Assembly (NCBI GenBank): GCA_017507105.1
Contig: JAFWBM010000031.1
Coordinates: forward strand, 20,265-84,264
DNA from: Bacteroidaceae bacterium
Lineage (GTDB): Bacteria > Bacteroidota > Bacteroidia > Bacteroidales > Bacteroidaceae
Direction of reading: 5' to 3'
Length of the DNA: 64,000 bases
Shown here piece after piece: positions 48,231 through 59,254 of the stretch; position 1 is the first letter of the stretch; each line of letters starts with the position of its first letter. The position numbers were made by a program, and so were the translations under genes. The notes beneath the pieces were generated by a model. The model was not told where the DNA came from. It did no database searches and saw nothing but the letters and a program-made list of their open reading frames with translations.

Positions 48231-49571
48231 TTATAGTCTTGCTCGTATGGCTTTACTCTCTTCTTCGTATCCAGGCTTGTCGAGAAGAGCAAACATGTTC
48301 TTCTTGTATGCCTCTACACCGGGCTGGTTGAATGGGTTAACGTCTAAAACATAACCGCTGATTCCGCACGCTATCTCAAAGAAGTAGATTAACTGTCCTA
48401 TATAGTATTCGTTTAGTACAGGTATTGTGATGCGCATGTTGGGAACTCCACCGTCTACATGTGCCAACTGTGTTCCCAATTCAGCCATTTTATTTACCTC
48501 GTCGACATGTTTACCTGCAAGGAAGTTAAGACCATCAAGGTTCTCCTCGTCGCTGGGAACGAGTAATGAACTGTTGGGAGTCTCTACTGAAAGCACTGTC
48601 TCAAATATCGTACGCTCGCCATCCTGTATCCATTGTCCCATAGAGTGAAGGTCGGTGCTAAAGTCTACAGATGCGGGGAATATACCCTTGTGGTCTTTAC
48701 CCTCGCTCTCGCCATAGAGCTGTTTCCACCACTCTGATGTGAAGTGAAGTTTAGGTTGATAGTTTACAAGAATTTCAATCTTCTTGCCATTTGCATATAG
48801 AGCATTGCGTGTTGCTGCATATATTGCTGCAATGTTCTCCTCGAAAGGTACTGCAGGCGAGCAATCTTTCTCCATCTGCCGTGCTCCGTTTACCAAAGCC
48901 TCAATGTCATATCCTGCTACAGCAATAGGCAATAGACCAACGGGAGTAAGAACCGAGAAACGTCCGCCGACATTGTCGGGGATGATGAAACTCTTGTATC
49001 CCTCTTTATCAGCGGTAACGCGTGCGGCACCTTTTACTGCATCGGTAATTGCTACAATAACCTTGCTTGCCATCTCCTTACCCCATTGCTCTTCGCATTG
49101 TTTCTTCAATAGACGGAATGCGAGTGCAGTCTCTGTGGTTGTACCTGACTTAGAGATGTTGATTACACCGAACTTCTTGCCCTGAAGATAAGCTGTAAGT
49201 TCGCTCAGATAATCCTCACTGATGTTATGTCCGGCGAATACTACACGAGGACCGTTACTCTCGAGCAGTGCTGCGAAATTATTGCTCAAAGCCTCGATTA
49301 CAGCACGAGCACCAAGGTAGCTACCTCCAATACCTGCAACAACTACAACCTCGCAATGCTGGCGAAGTGTGTCGGCTGCTGATTTGAGTTCCTGTAAGAA
49401 CTCCTTGGTAATTGAAGAAGGTAAGTGTAACCATCCCAAGAAGTCGTTACCGGGGTGTGTTCCCTCTTCCAATGCTTTCTGTGCAGCCTCCACCTGGGGC
49501 TTTAGAGCTATTATTTGCTCCTTGGTTACAAAACCAGTAACCTTGTCGATGTTTAGTGAAATGTTCTTCAT
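48231..49571 (-). CDS. pgi: Glucose-6-phosphate isomerase
   Basis: 446 aa with the SIS motif [16 protein letters not shown] and [10 protein letters not shown]. Confidence 0.92.
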   Translation of the reverse strand: MKNISLNIDKVTGFVTKEQIIALKPQVEAAQKALEEGTHPGNDFLGWLHLPSSITKEFLQELKSAADTLRQHCEVVVVAGIGGSYLGARAVIEALSNNFAALLESNGPRVVFAGHNISEDYLSELTAYLQGKKFGVINISKSGTTTETALAFRLLKKQCEEQWGKEMASKVIVAITDAVKGAARVTADKEGYKSFIIPDNVGGRFSVLTPVGLLPIAVAGYDIEALVNGARQMEKDCSPAVPFEENIAAIYAATRNALYANGKKIEILVNYQPKLHFTSEWWKQLYGESEGKDHKGIFPASVDFSTDLHSMGQWIQDGERTIFETVLSVETPNSSLLVPSDEENLDGLNFLAGKHVDEVNKMAELGTQLAHVDGGVPNMRITIPVLNEYYIGQLIYFFEIACGISGYVLDVNPFNQPGVEAYKKNMFALLDKPGYEEESKAIRARL

Positions 49572-49583
49572 GACTCTATGTTT

Positions 49584-50582
49584 TTATTTGAATGAATCGG
49601 TCAAAAGCTTAATCTCTATGACTGGTGATATCTGCTTGTATAGGATATTATATACTGCATCGATAATTGGGGTATTTACTCTGTAGTGCTCATTGATCTC
49701 CTTGATGCACTTTGCTGCATAATAACCTTCGGCAATCATCTCCATCTCTACTTGGGCGCTCTTTACAGAGTATCCACGTCCTATCATGGTTCCAAATACT
49801 CTGTTGCGGCTGAAGTTAGAGTAACCTGTAACAAGCAGGTCGCCCAGATATACGCTGTCGTTTATGGTGCGCTCTATGGGGTGAACTACATTTATAAAAC
49901 GGTTCATCTCTATCACTGCATTCGACATCAATACAGCCTGGAAGTTATCTCCATATTTAAGTCCGTTGCATATACCTGTTGCAATAGCGTATATGTTTTT
50001 CAGTACCGAACCGTACTCTATACCTACAACATCGTCGCTTACAGAGGTCTTTACGAAACTATTGGCTATCTTCTTGGCAAATTGTGATGCGTGATATATG
50101 CTCGAGCAACCTACTGTAAGATATGAGAGACGCTCTAGGGCAACCTCTTCGGCATGACATGGGCCGGCAATAACTGCAATATTCTCGTAAGGTACATTGT
50201 ATTGCTTATGGAAATATTCTGAGATTATCAGGTTCTCATCGGGAACAATTCCTTTAATAGCGTTGACAATGAACTTATCAGAAAGGTCTTCTTTTAGTTT
50301 CTTTAGGTGGTTCTTTAGATAGGGCGATGGGGTTACAAATACCAATATATCGCTTTCTTTTACAATCTTGTTGATGTTGGACGAGAAATTGATTCGGTTG
50401 GTATCGAACTTTACTGCCGACAAATAGGCCGGGTTATGCCCAAGTCGTTTGAACTCTTCAATGCGGTCGTCGCGTCTGATGTACCAGTTTATGGTATCTA
50501 CGTTGCTGAGCAGAATCTTGGCAATAGCTGTAGCCCAACTGCCTCCACCCATTATCGCAACTTGTTTGTTGGCAAGTTCCAT
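49584..50582 (-). CDS. gpsA: NAD(P)H-dependent glycerol-3-phosphate dehydrogenase
   Basis: 332 aa with Rossmann motif VAIMGGGSWATAIA, and NAIKGI and GLKYGDN segments typical of GpsA. Confidence 0.9.
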   Translation of the reverse strand: MELANKQVAIMGGGSWATAIAKILLSNVDTINWYIRRDDRIEEFKRLGHNPAYLSAVKFDTNRINFSSNINKIVKESDILVFVTPSPYLKNHLKKLKEDLSDKFIVNAIKGIVPDENLIISEYFHKQYNVPYENIAVIAGPCHAEEVALERLSYLTVGCSSIYHASQFAKKIANSFVKTSVSDDVVGIEYGSVLKNIYAIATGICNGLKYGDNFQAVLMSNAVIEMNRFINVVHPIERTINDSVYLGDLLVTGYSNFSRNRVFGTMIGRGYSVKSAQVEMEMIAEGYYAAKCIKEINEHYRVNTPIIDAVYNILYKQISPVIEIKLLTDSFK

Positions 50583-50658
50583 AGTATAGTTTTTAGAAAC
50601 TGTTTATTCCTTTTTTTTTATTTCTCTCTGTGGTACTGTGGTATTGGGAAATTCAATA

Positions 50659-52386
50659 TTATCCCAGTTGCTCAATCCATGCGGCAACATCGTTTACCGA
50701 AGGATTGGTATATCCAAGTTTGTATTTCTTGTTTATTCCTCCAATCTCTTGTTGTACCTTTTGCGGATTTATACCTTTGAGATCTGCTACCATGTTGTAT
50801 CCGGCTTTCTGAAGAACTGCTACCCACTCCTCGGGTATTCCTATTGCAGTATATGCCGATGCCGGATCTTTGGGAATACGCTTCTCTGGACGCATTTGGG
50901 GGAAGAAAAGTACCTCTTGGATTGCTGTCTGTCCTGTCATTAACATTGCCAAACGGTCCATACCTATACCCATGCCGGATGTGGGGGGCATACCATACTC
51001 CAAAGCGCGTATGAAATCCTGATCGATGAACATTGCCTCGTCATCGCCCTTCTCGCTAAGACGCAATTGCTCCTGGAAACGCTCGGCCTGATCTATTGGG
51101 TCGTTAAGTTCGCTGTATGCATTGCACAACTCTTTGCCGTTTACCATAAGTTCGAAACGCTCGGTAAGGTCGGGATTCTCGCGGTGGCGTTTGCATAGTG
51201 GTGACATCTCTATGGGGTAGTCTGTTATGAATGTGGGTTGTATGTAGTTACCTTCGCAGAACTCACCAAAAATCTCATCGATGAGTTTACCCTTACCCAT
51301 TGTTTCGTCAACCTCCATCTTGAGTTCCTTGCATATTGCGAATATCTCTTCCTCGCTCTTGCCATTAAGATCGTATCCTGTAAATTCCTTGATAGCTTCT
51401 AGCATGGGTACACGACGGAAAGGTGCCTTGAAACTGATGATGTTTTCACCCACTTTTACCTCTGTTGTTCCGTTTACATCCAAAGCTATCTTCTCAAGCA
51501 TCTGTTCGGTGAAGCACATCATCCAATTGTAGTCTTTGTAGGAGACATATATCTCCATACATGTGAACTCGGGATTGTGTGTGCGGTCCATGCCTTCGTT
51601 ACGGAAGTTTTTAGAGAATTCGTATACACCTTCGAAACCACCTACAATAAGACGTTTCAAATATAACTCATTGGCTATTCGCAGATATAGAGGTATATCT
51701 AGTGCGTTGTGGTGAGTAATGAAAGGACGTGCTGCGGCACCACCCGGTATAGATTGAAGTACGGGGGTCTCTACCTCCATGTAACCTTTTGAGTTGAAGA
51801 ATTCGCGCATGGATGTGTATATCTTGTTGCGCTTTATGAAAATATCCTTTATCTCATCATTTACGACAAGGTCGACATAACGTTGACGGTAACGGAGCTC
51901 GGGGTCCTCAAACTTGTCATATGCCACGCCATCCTTATATTTTACGATAGGTAATGGGCGTATGCTTTTTGAGAGAATTGTAAGTTCTTGGGCATGTACG
52001 GTTATCTCACCAGTCTGTGTACGGAATACATATCCTTTAATTCCTATAAAATCACCGATGTCAAGCAGACGCTTGAACAATACATTGTAGAGGTCTTTGT
52101 TCTCACCCGGACATAACTCGTCACGTGTAATGTATACCTGTATACGACCTTTAGAGTCCTGAAGCTCAATGAATGATGCTTTACCCATAATACGGCGGCT
52201 CATAAGACGGCCTGCTATACATACGTTACGGGGTTCGTCCTCATCCTTGAATTCATTGAGAATATCTGCTGAGAATGCATTTGTAGGATATTCTGCAGCA
52301 GGATAGGGCTCTATGCCCATATTACGTAATTCATTGAGTGCCTCGCGACGTACAATCTCTTGTTCGCTTAATTCTAGAATATTCAT
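50659..52386 (-). CDS. lysS: Lysine--tRNA ligase (class II) with ~70-aa C-terminal extension
   Basis: 575 aa with an OB-fold N-domain, motif 2 [18 protein letters not shown], and motif 3 [13 protein letters not shown]. The extra C-terminal tail begins around [10 protein letters not shown]. Confidence 0.93.
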   Translation of the reverse strand: MNILELSEQEIVRREALNELRNMGIEPYPAAEYPTNAFSADILNEFKDEDEPRNVCIAGRLMSRRIMGKASFIELQDSKGRIQVYITRDELCPGENKDLYNVLFKRLLDIGDFIGIKGYVFRTQTGEITVHAQELTILSKSIRPLPIVKYKDGVAYDKFEDPELRYRQRYVDLVVNDEIKDIFIKRNKIYTSMREFFNSKGYMEVETPVLQSIPGGAAARPFITHHNALDIPLYLRIANELYLKRLIVGGFEGVYEFSKNFRNEGMDRTHNPEFTCMEIYVSYKDYNWMMCFTEQMLEKIALDVNGTTEVKVGENIISFKAPFRRVPMLEAIKEFTGYDLNGKSEEEIFAICKELKMEVDETMGKGKLIDEIFGEFCEGNYIQPTFITDYPIEMSPLCKRHRENPDLTERFELMVNGKELCNAYSELNDPIDQAERFQEQLRLSEKGDDEAMFIDQDFIRALEYGMPPTSGMGIGMDRLAMLMTGQTAIQEVLFFPQMRPEKRIPKDPASAYTAIGIPEEWVAVLQKAGYNMVADLKGINPQKVQQEIGGINKKYKLGYTNPSVNDVAAWIEQLG

Positions 52387-52423
52387 TGCTTTATATGTAT
52401 TTGTTTTTTTCTGTTTATGGTGC

Positions 52424-53359
52424 TTAAATAACGCTTCTGAAATAGTCGATAGTTTTCTTTAGACCCTCTTCGAGTTTTATCTTGGGCTCCCATCCGTTAA
52501 GTTCGCGATGAGCTAAAGATATATCGGGCTTGCGCTGGCGAGGATCGTCCTGCGGTAGTGGCTGGAATACTATCTTGGATTTTGAGCCTGTGAGTTTAAT
52601 TACGTTCTGAGCCAGTTCCAACATGGTAAACTCGCCCGGATTTCCGATATTTACGGGGCCGGTAAAATGGTCGTCTGTTGCCATAGCTCTTATCATACCT
52701 TCTACAAGGTCGTCTACATATTGGAAACTGCGTGTCTGCTGTCCGTCTCCATAAATTGTTATATCCTCTCCACGTAGTGCTTGTACAATAAAGTTCGATA
52801 CTACACGACCATCATTCATACTCATTCTTGGCCCATATGTGTTAAATATGCGAATAATCTTTATGCGTATATTATTCTGTCTGTGATAGTCCATAAAGAG
52901 TGTTTCTGCACATCGTTTGCCTTCATCATAGCATGAGCGTATACCTATGGGGTTTACGTTTCCCCAATAGCTCTCTACCTGTGGATGTATATTGGGGTCG
53001 CCATATACCTCGCTTGTGGATGCTTGCAGAATCTTTGCCCTAACCAGTTTTGCAAGGCCCAGCATATTCATTGAACCTATTACGCAGGTCTGTATGGTCT
53101 TGACAGGATCGTATTGGTAGTGTATTGGCGATGCAGGACAGGCAAGATTATATATCTCGTCTACTTCTGCTGTATATGGCTGGGTAACGTCGTGTCGTAC
53201 AAGCTCAAAATGATCGTTGCTTATAAGGTGACGTATGTTGTCCTTGTTTCCTGTGAAGTAATTGTCGAGACAGATTACATCATTGCCCTCATTGAGAAGG
53301 CGCTCGCATAGATGTGAGCCGATGAATCCAGCACCTCCGGTTACAAGTATTCTTTTCAT
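52424..53359 (-). CDS. UDP-glucuronate decarboxylase (UDP-xylose synthase), SDR family
   Basis: 311 aa with [18 protein letters not shown] and catalytic [10 protein letters not shown]. Overall it resembles UXS enzymes. Confidence 0.8.
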   Translation of the reverse strand: MKRILVTGGAGFIGSHLCERLLNEGNDVICLDNYFTGNKDNIRHLISNDHFELVRHDVTQPYTAEVDEIYNLACPASPIHYQYDPVKTIQTCVIGSMNMLGLAKLVRAKILQASTSEVYGDPNIHPQVESYWGNVNPIGIRSCYDEGKRCAETLFMDYHRQNNIRIKIIRIFNTYGPRMSMNDGRVVSNFIVQALRGEDITIYGDGQQTRSFQYVDDLVEGMIRAMATDDHFTGPVNIGNPGEFTMLELAQNVIKLTGSKSKIVFQPLPQDDPRQRKPDISLAHRELNGWEPKIKLEEGLKKTIDYFRSVI

Positions 53360-53557
53360 TTTAAATTATTTGTAATATTCTATTTTGTGGCTGCCCTGCA
53401 ATATATGCACTTTGCCTCAATTAATATATTATTTGCAAAAATAATACTTTATTTTTATCTAAGGTTTATATTGTCGCTTGTTTTTATGGACTTGATATAA
53501 AAAGTTTTCATACTATTTAACTTAAAATCAATTTACAAATATTGGGGTTACCTCCAA

Positions 53558-54697
53558 TCAGGCATCGCAGAACTTCAATTTATCTATTTTCCTGTTTCTG
53601 TATTTTACAGCCTGATATGCAGTGTATGCATATATTATAGTATGTACCCATAACAGGCAATAATGGTTCAGGACCTCGTTTAGGGATGCTCCCATGCTGT
53701 TTATAGCCACAAAACCGTTTATGGCAGCTGTAGATGGAAATATATATGATATAATGTGCCAGAAATAGGGAATGTTGCTTGATGGCCACGAAATTCCTGA
53801 TAAGAAAAGTAATGGAACAGATGTAAAGACAAAAAGCAACATTGGGGTTTCGCGCTCGTGTATGAAACTGCCAACGGTGATAGCAAATAATATTCCTGAT
53901 AGCAGATATGGAAAAATAAAAATAGCAAGTGTGTAGCCATTTGCCAATTGCGATAAGCCGAATATGTGAGGTACAATACATAGGAGATAAGCGCTAATAG
54001 GCATGCATATGGTAAGATAGGCTGCAATATGTCCGCTCAGTGGGGCTGGTATAGTTACTCTCTCGGAGTATAGAGTGCCCATACGCATACCGATTCCAAG
54101 TAAAAGTATCTGCTGGATTATAAGTACCAGTATTGCCGGGATTATAAAATTAGCAAAACCAACGGTGGGGTTTGATATTCCTACAGCTTCACCTGGTAAT
54201 GGTGTTGTAGCTATCTTTATCTGCTGTGCTGTTGCACCGTTCATTCTGCTTGCCTGTATGTTGCTGTTCATGTCAAGGCTTACTTCGGTGCATGCTACAA
54301 GCATTGCCTTATAATAGAAGAGGCTTGCCATACTACAATAGATGCTAACATGTGCTTGATTCCCCAATGATATATCTTGTGCAAACCCCTGAGGTATGAG
54401 GATTATACCTTTGACCTTTTCATCTGCCATGAGGTGACGTGCCGATAGCATATCTGTACTTTTATAGCTTACTTTTATCTCCGGGGTGGCATCTGCTTTA
54501 CAAAGGAACTCGCGGCTCCAACTGCTTTGTGAAAGGTCGACAACTGCTATTGGGATGTCACGTACCACTTCGTGTGAGTAGATATAGGAGTAGAGAAGTG
54601 GATATCCCAATGGAACCAGCAGCAGAAAAACCATGACACCGATATCGGTAGCACAGCCTTTAAGTTCATTTAGGTATGTGGATACAAATCTTTTCAT
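53558..54697 (-). CDS. ABC-2 type transporter permease (YbhS/YhhJ-like)
   Basis: 379 aa: one N-terminal TM, a large extracytoplasmic loop, then 5 C-terminal TM segments. There is no Walker motif. Its ATG overlaps the upstream stop by 4 nt. Confidence 0.8.
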   Translation of the reverse strand: MKRFVSTYLNELKGCATDIGVMVFLLLVPLGYPLLYSYIYSHEVVRDIPIAVVDLSQSSWSREFLCKADATPEIKVSYKSTDMLSARHLMADEKVKGIILIPQGFAQDISLGNQAHVSIYCSMASLFYYKAMLVACTEVSLDMNSNIQASRMNGATAQQIKIATTPLPGEAVGISNPTVGFANFIIPAILVLIIQQILLLGIGMRMGTLYSERVTIPAPLSGHIAAYLTICMPISAYLLCIVPHIFGLSQLANGYTLAIFIFPYLLSGILFAITVGSFIHERETPMLLFVFTSVPLLFLSGISWPSSNIPYFWHIISYIFPSTAAINGFVAINSMGASLNEVLNHYCLLWVHTIIYAYTAYQAVKYRNRKIDKLKFCDA

Positions 54698-55863
54698 TTT
54701 ATGTACGGGTAGTTTTCTAGAGCTTTTTTTAATCGTCCCATAAGAGGCAAGGGTAGCAGACAGAATAATAACAGAGCTGCATAATGTGTTGCTGCATAGC
54801 CTATAGGCTCACCTAATAATGCCTGATTGCAGTAAATCGTGAAATAGTGTCTTAATGGGAACAGATTACTTGCGGCCTGTATGGAGCCACTCATCCCCTC
54901 TATAGGAAAAGAGAATCCAGATATAGAGAATGATACGACACCCCATAGCGAGGCAATGCTCATAGCCCAACGTGGAGATGGTAGCAATGCGGCAAGAAAG
55001 AGCCCGAGACTTTGGGAGGCTATGACCAGTAAAATTGAAACAAGAATCATGCTCCCTATTCCATCATGTATGGGGAAGTGTAGATATTTATATAGATAGA
55101 GATTATAGAATATGGCTGTTAATGAGAAGAAGATGCTTTGTGGAATCAGTTTCCCTATAACAGCAACTATAATATTATTACCGGATGTATGCAGTAGCTC
55201 TTTTGCTCTTCCTGTTTTTATCTCTAGTGTGACACTATAGGCGGTTAGCAGAAAGATGAATAGTGACAAGACTCCGGGGAAAATGGTGTTGTTCAGATAG
55301 ATGGAGTAGCTGAGCCAGGGATTACCTATCGCATGTGTCTCTATCACTATAGGTTGTACGAATACTTGTGCTTGATGTTTGGTGCCTCCATGGGCTATGA
55401 TAGCGGAAGTTCCTATTGCAGCGTTGGTAAGTAACGTTCTTATATACATATCACGATAGGTAAGTGAGCCTGCTACAAGATAACTATAGTTTAGATAGTA
55501 GGAAATCGTAGGACGTAATTCCTCTATGAGTGATTTGGTTGTGCCCTCAGGTATATAATATATGGCGTAGATATTCCCTCTCTTCATATCTTCGAAGGCC
55601 TCTTCTGCTGTTACATATCGGGCTACTATTCCAATCTGTTGCATGGCATCAAGGTTGCGTATTATCTCTCGTGTGGTAGGTGTGTTGTCGGCATCTACAA
55701 CTGCGACAGGTAGCTTTTCGGGCAATCCTTGATACATCAGTGTCGAGAAGAGTATAAAACAGGCAATGGGTGCCACCACCATACAAAACAGATATATGGG
55801 TTGTGTGGCTATTGTATCTATTTCACGCAGCACCACTCGTTTTATGTGATGTATTATCAGCAT
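54694..55863 (-). CDS. ABC-2 type transporter permease (YbhR/YhhJ-like)
   Basis: 389 aa with the same architecture as its neighbour. It starts 4 nt after the HlyD-family gene. Confidence 0.8.
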   Translation of the reverse strand: MLIIHHIKRVVLREIDTIATQPIYLFCMVVAPIACFILFSTLMYQGLPEKLPVAVVDADNTPTTREIIRNLDAMQQIGIVARYVTAEEAFEDMKRGNIYAIYYIPEGTTKSLIEELRPTISYYLNYSYLVAGSLTYRDMYIRTLLTNAAIGTSAIIAHGGTKHQAQVFVQPIVIETHAIGNPWLSYSIYLNNTIFPGVLSLFIFLLTAYSVTLEIKTGRAKELLHTSGNNIIVAVIGKLIPQSIFFSLTAIFYNLYLYKYLHFPIHDGIGSMILVSILLVIASQSLGLFLAALLPSPRWAMSIASLWGVVSFSISGFSFPIEGMSGSIQAASNLFPLRHYFTIYCNQALLGEPIGYAATHYAALLLFCLLPLPLMGRLKKALENYPYIK

Positions 55864-55867
55864 TTTA

Positions 55868-56848
55868 TTACTTTACTATTATAACGGACATTCCAGGGTA
55901 TAGCCCGTCTATTTTAGCTATAGGTCTTGCCCTTACTTCAAAAGTCTTTATGTCATATTCTCCTGTAGTACGTGTGGCACGCCATATTGCATATGTTCCA
56001 AGGTCTTTAAGGAAATAGATTTGTAAGGTTGAGTACATGTTGAGTGCCGGGATATATACCTTTACAGTGTCGCCGATATTATATTGGGTGAGAATGTTCT
56101 CGCGCATGTTGAAACTTACCCACATCTCGTCTAGATATGTGATATCCATAATCGGGGCACCCTGCCCAACAAGTTCTCCTATTGATGGGTATATTGCGCT
56201 CACTTCTCCATCCCGTATCGCTGTGAGTATCGTTTCATTTACATATGAGTCAACTTCGTCCACAGCTCCCTGAGCCTGCATGTATTTTGATTCGGCTATC
56301 CGTCTTTCATCGTTGTCGGCTCCTTGTTGGGCAAGATTGTATAAAGCCTCAGCAGCCTTTTCTGCTGCAACTGTTGCCTCTAGATTTGCTGTTGACTCAT
56401 CGTATTTCTGTGCACTTACTACTCCTTCGTTATATAGATTTTTGATTCTTGCATGAGTCTTGCCTGCTATCTGAGTGGCGGCTTTGGCACGTTGCCATTG
56501 CTCGTAGGCAGCCTGCTTCTCCTGTGGTCGGGTTCCACTCTGCACCTTTTCATTAAGGGCCAGTGCCGCATCCTCCAATGCTTTTGCCTGTATAAGTTTT
56601 GCTGTTATATCCGGAGCTTCAAGAGTGGCTACAGTGTCGCCGGCTTTCACTCTGTCACCCTCTTTTACGTATAGATGAAGCAGGCGTCCGGGAACTTTAC
56701 TTGATACCCTGAACTCTGTGGCCTCTGCTTCACCTTGTATGGTATCGCTATTATCTCCTAAGGTAAATTCTCCAATTAATGCTACTGCTGCTATTGATAG
56801 AATCAAGAGCGATAGTGCTGTTATTATATTTTTTTCTTCTTTATGCAT
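55868..56848 (-). CDS. HlyD family secretion/adaptor protein
   Basis: 326 aa with an N-terminal TM anchor, the lipoyl-like YVKEGDRVKAGDTVATLE, and a coiled-coil. Confidence 0.85.
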   Translation of the reverse strand: MHKEEKNIITALSLLILSIAAVALIGEFTLGDNSDTIQGEAEATEFRVSSKVPGRLLHLYVKEGDRVKAGDTVATLEAPDITAKLIQAKALEDAALALNEKVQSGTRPQEKQAAYEQWQRAKAATQIAGKTHARIKNLYNEGVVSAQKYDESTANLEATVAAEKAAEALYNLAQQGADNDERRIAESKYMQAQGAVDEVDSYVNETILTAIRDGEVSAIYPSIGELVGQGAPIMDITYLDEMWVSFNMRENILTQYNIGDTVKVYIPALNMYSTLQIYFLKDLGTYAIWRATRTTGEYDIKTFEVRARPIAKIDGLYPGMSVIIVK

Positions 56849-56873
56849 ATATTTTACGTTTCCTATAATCTAT

Positions 56874-58298
56874 TTATTTGCTTTCTATATTCAGATTGCC
56901 TGTGGCACGCTTAAATTCTGTTTGTGCAACACGTATTTCTATCTCTGCATCAATTAGTTCGGAACCTGCCTTAATGAGGGCTGTTTGTGCCTGCATTACC
57001 TCTTCGCTGGTGGCTACTCCTTCGTTGAAAGAGAGAGTTATGTTGCGTAAATTCTCTTCGGCCATTACTATGTTGCTTGTTGCAAGAGAGAGCCTTTCTT
57101 GTGCCTCATTGATGCTGTTTATACATTGCTGTATCTGTAATTCCATCTTTTCACGTGTATCATCAAGATTATAAGTTGCTATATTGGCACGTGCTTTAGA
57201 TGCTTTTATTTTGTTGTACCCTTCACCCCAATTCCATAAAGGAATTTTCAACATCAGACCAATGTTCCATGTACCGTCAAAACGGCGACGGAAACCATCT
57301 GTAATACTTGGGTTGTTTATGGTATAACCTCCTATGAGCATAAGTTGTGGCAAGTAGTCGGCACGAATTATATTGGTCTGTTGTTGTGCTATTCGACTTG
57401 CGAGGATAAGACTTTGTAACTCAGGGCGGTTATCTATTGTACCTTGTGCTACGAGATACTGCTCCTGATTTATTCCCAACATCTCGTCTGCCGGTAATAG
57501 ATTGTGGTCTAGTGGTAGACCACATATGTGGCACAACTGCATACGGGCAACTCTTGTCCCGTCCTTGGCACGTAGGTGAGCCATGTGTGCCTCATTAAGT
57601 CTGACTTTTACGTTCAATAGTTCTGCTTTTGTTACAATACCCTCCTTGAACATTTTTTCTACATTGTCCGATAACTTTTTTGTGAGATCGACATAACTTG
57701 CTGCAAGCCTCTCTTTATTGCTTAAGGATACAACAAGCCAATATGCACGGTCGGTAGAGAGTATTACGTCTTGTCGTGCTGCCTCATAGTTGTATCTGGC
57801 GATATTTTCCATAAGCTTGGCAAGCTTGTTATATGCAACTATTTTACCTCCTGTAAATATAGGTTGTTCTACTGTAATTGTTGCAGCAAAAATGTTACGT
57901 GTATCAAGTACCAATGCATCGGCTATGGAGCCTCCAAGAGCATTGAGTTCTTGAAGTTTTGCTATTTCTGGAAATAGTGTTGATATGGTCTTGAGCTCCT
58001 CTTGAAGTGTTGCTCCTATGTTTTCGAGCATTCTCTTCTCCTTATTACCCAGCAGCGATGTCTTGTGGTTGCGATGGAGGTAGATGCCACTTGCGTATAT
58101 TTTGGGAAGATAGGCCGATTGTGCGACGTTGTGTTCATGCTGCGATGCAAGCTTCTCAAGTTCTGCAATACGCAATAGTTTATTGTTTTCGAGTGCAAGC
58201 GTACGGCAACTCTCAAGTGTCACTCTTTCCTGTGCATTTGATATTGTTGTTATTTGTAAAAATAACAGTGCTAAGTTTATGAAAACAGTTATTCTCAT
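56874..58298 (-). CDS. TolC family outer membrane protein
   Basis: The track ORF starts at GTG 58331; an ATG at 58298 gives signal peptide MRITVFINLALLFLQITTISNAQ. It has OEP-like two-fold repeat character. Confidence 0.85.
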   Translation of the reverse strand: MRITVFINLALLFLQITTISNAQERVTLESCRTLALENNKLLRIAELEKLASQHEHNVAQSAYLPKIYASGIYLHRNHKTSLLGNKEKRMLENIGATLQEELKTISTLFPEIAKLQELNALGGSIADALVLDTRNIFAATITVEQPIFTGGKIVAYNKLAKLMENIARYNYEAARQDVILSTDRAYWLVVSLSNKERLAASYVDLTKKLSDNVEKMFKEGIVTKAELLNVKVRLNEAHMAHLRAKDGTRVARMQLCHICGLPLDHNLLPADEMLGINQEQYLVAQGTIDNRPELQSLILASRIAQQQTNIIRADYLPQLMLIGGYTINNPSITDGFRRRFDGTWNIGLMLKIPLWNWGEGYNKIKASKARANIATYNLDDTREKMELQIQQCINSINEAQERLSLATSNIVMAEENLRNITLSFNEGVATSEEVMQAQTALIKAGSELIDAEIEIRVAQTEFKRATGNLNIESK

Positions 58299-58363
58299 TG
58301 ATAAACAAAATACTCGTGTGGGTAATGTCACACGAGTATTAATGCTTTTACAATGGGATTTGT

Positions 58364-59245
58364 TTACTCTATCTCAAAATTGTTGTATCCTATCATGTTG
58401 CCGTCTGCAAAAATGTGTACCCTGTACATCCCTGCTTGCAGGAACTCTTCTATATCCCAATATACAGTTATTGGGAGCTCTTCTCCGGTGTACTCGATAT
58501 ATTTCTTTATAGAGTAATTAATGTCGCGGTTTTCGTATCGGAAAGTGTCTGATATGTTCTTTGAGAGTACATTGCCATCGGGAGTTGTTATGCGTACGTA
58601 TATTGTCTTTTCGCCAGTCTGTGTCGTTATATTTTTTGCAATTACAAAATCTATAACAAATTTTTTTGCCTTTTTTATTTTCTTGAGTTCTTTCCCATTG
58701 CTCTTGGCCGGATACATATTGATACCAATCGCATCGAGTTGTGAAGCAAGCTCTACCTTCTGGGTAAGTGCCTCTTTCTCCTCGTTAAGTGAGGAAATTG
58801 TTTGTGATGCTTTCTGATAACGTGCACTCATTTTCTTGTTCTCATTGGCAAGCTTCTCGTTTACACGGTTCAAGGAGTCTATTTGAAGCACGTAACTGCG
58901 CATTACGGCTCTTACAGTCTTCAGCTCCTTCTTCAGACGTGTAATTTCGGCAGCATCGGTTGCTTTGGTTTGTTTCAACTCCTCGAGCAATTGCTGTGTA
59001 TGCAGTTTCTCTTGTTCCAGTCTTTGCTGCAGTGAGTCGTTTGTAATACGTATCTTGAGCTCGTCATATTGTGACGCAAAAGTTGAATACTCGCTTTCGA
59101 GCTCTTCCTTTTCTATGGCAAACAATTCGAGCATCTCTTCGTTGTCCTGTTCGCTGTTGTTCCATAGTATACCCATTGTCACTGCTGCGGCAAGCAACAG
59201 TGCAATGAGTATATAAAGGAATATGTCTCTTTTATTTATATCCAT
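58364..59245 (-). CDS. Membrane-anchored coiled-coil protein with C-terminal beta-rich domain, function unknown
   Basis: 293 aa with TM segment IFLYILIALLLAAAVTMGILW, about 150 aa of heptad-like E/K/L/Q-rich sequence, and a globular C-terminus. It starts 9 nt after the valS stop. Confidence 0.75.
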   Translation of the reverse strand: MDINKRDIFLYILIALLLAAAVTMGILWNNSEQDNEEMLELFAIEKEELESEYSTFASQYDELKIRITNDSLQQRLEQEKLHTQQLLEELKQTKATDAAEITRLKKELKTVRAVMRSYVLQIDSLNRVNEKLANENKKMSARYQKASQTISSLNEEKEALTQKVELASQLDAIGINMYPAKSNGKELKKIKKAKKFVIDFVIAKNITTQTGEKTIYVRITTPDGNVLSKNISDTFRYENRDINYSIKKYIEYTGEELPITVYWDIEEFLQAGMYRVHIFADGNMIGYNNFEIE

Positions 59246-59254
59246 AAGCAGAGT

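Noticed and set aside
53580-54027. Two same-strand alternative-frame ORFs (133 and 102 aa) overlapping the ABC-2 permease gene.
   Set aside because: The 379-aa frame gives a coherent multi-TM permease, translationally coupled to its neighbour. The alternative frames yield implausible Cys/Tyr/His-rich peptides.
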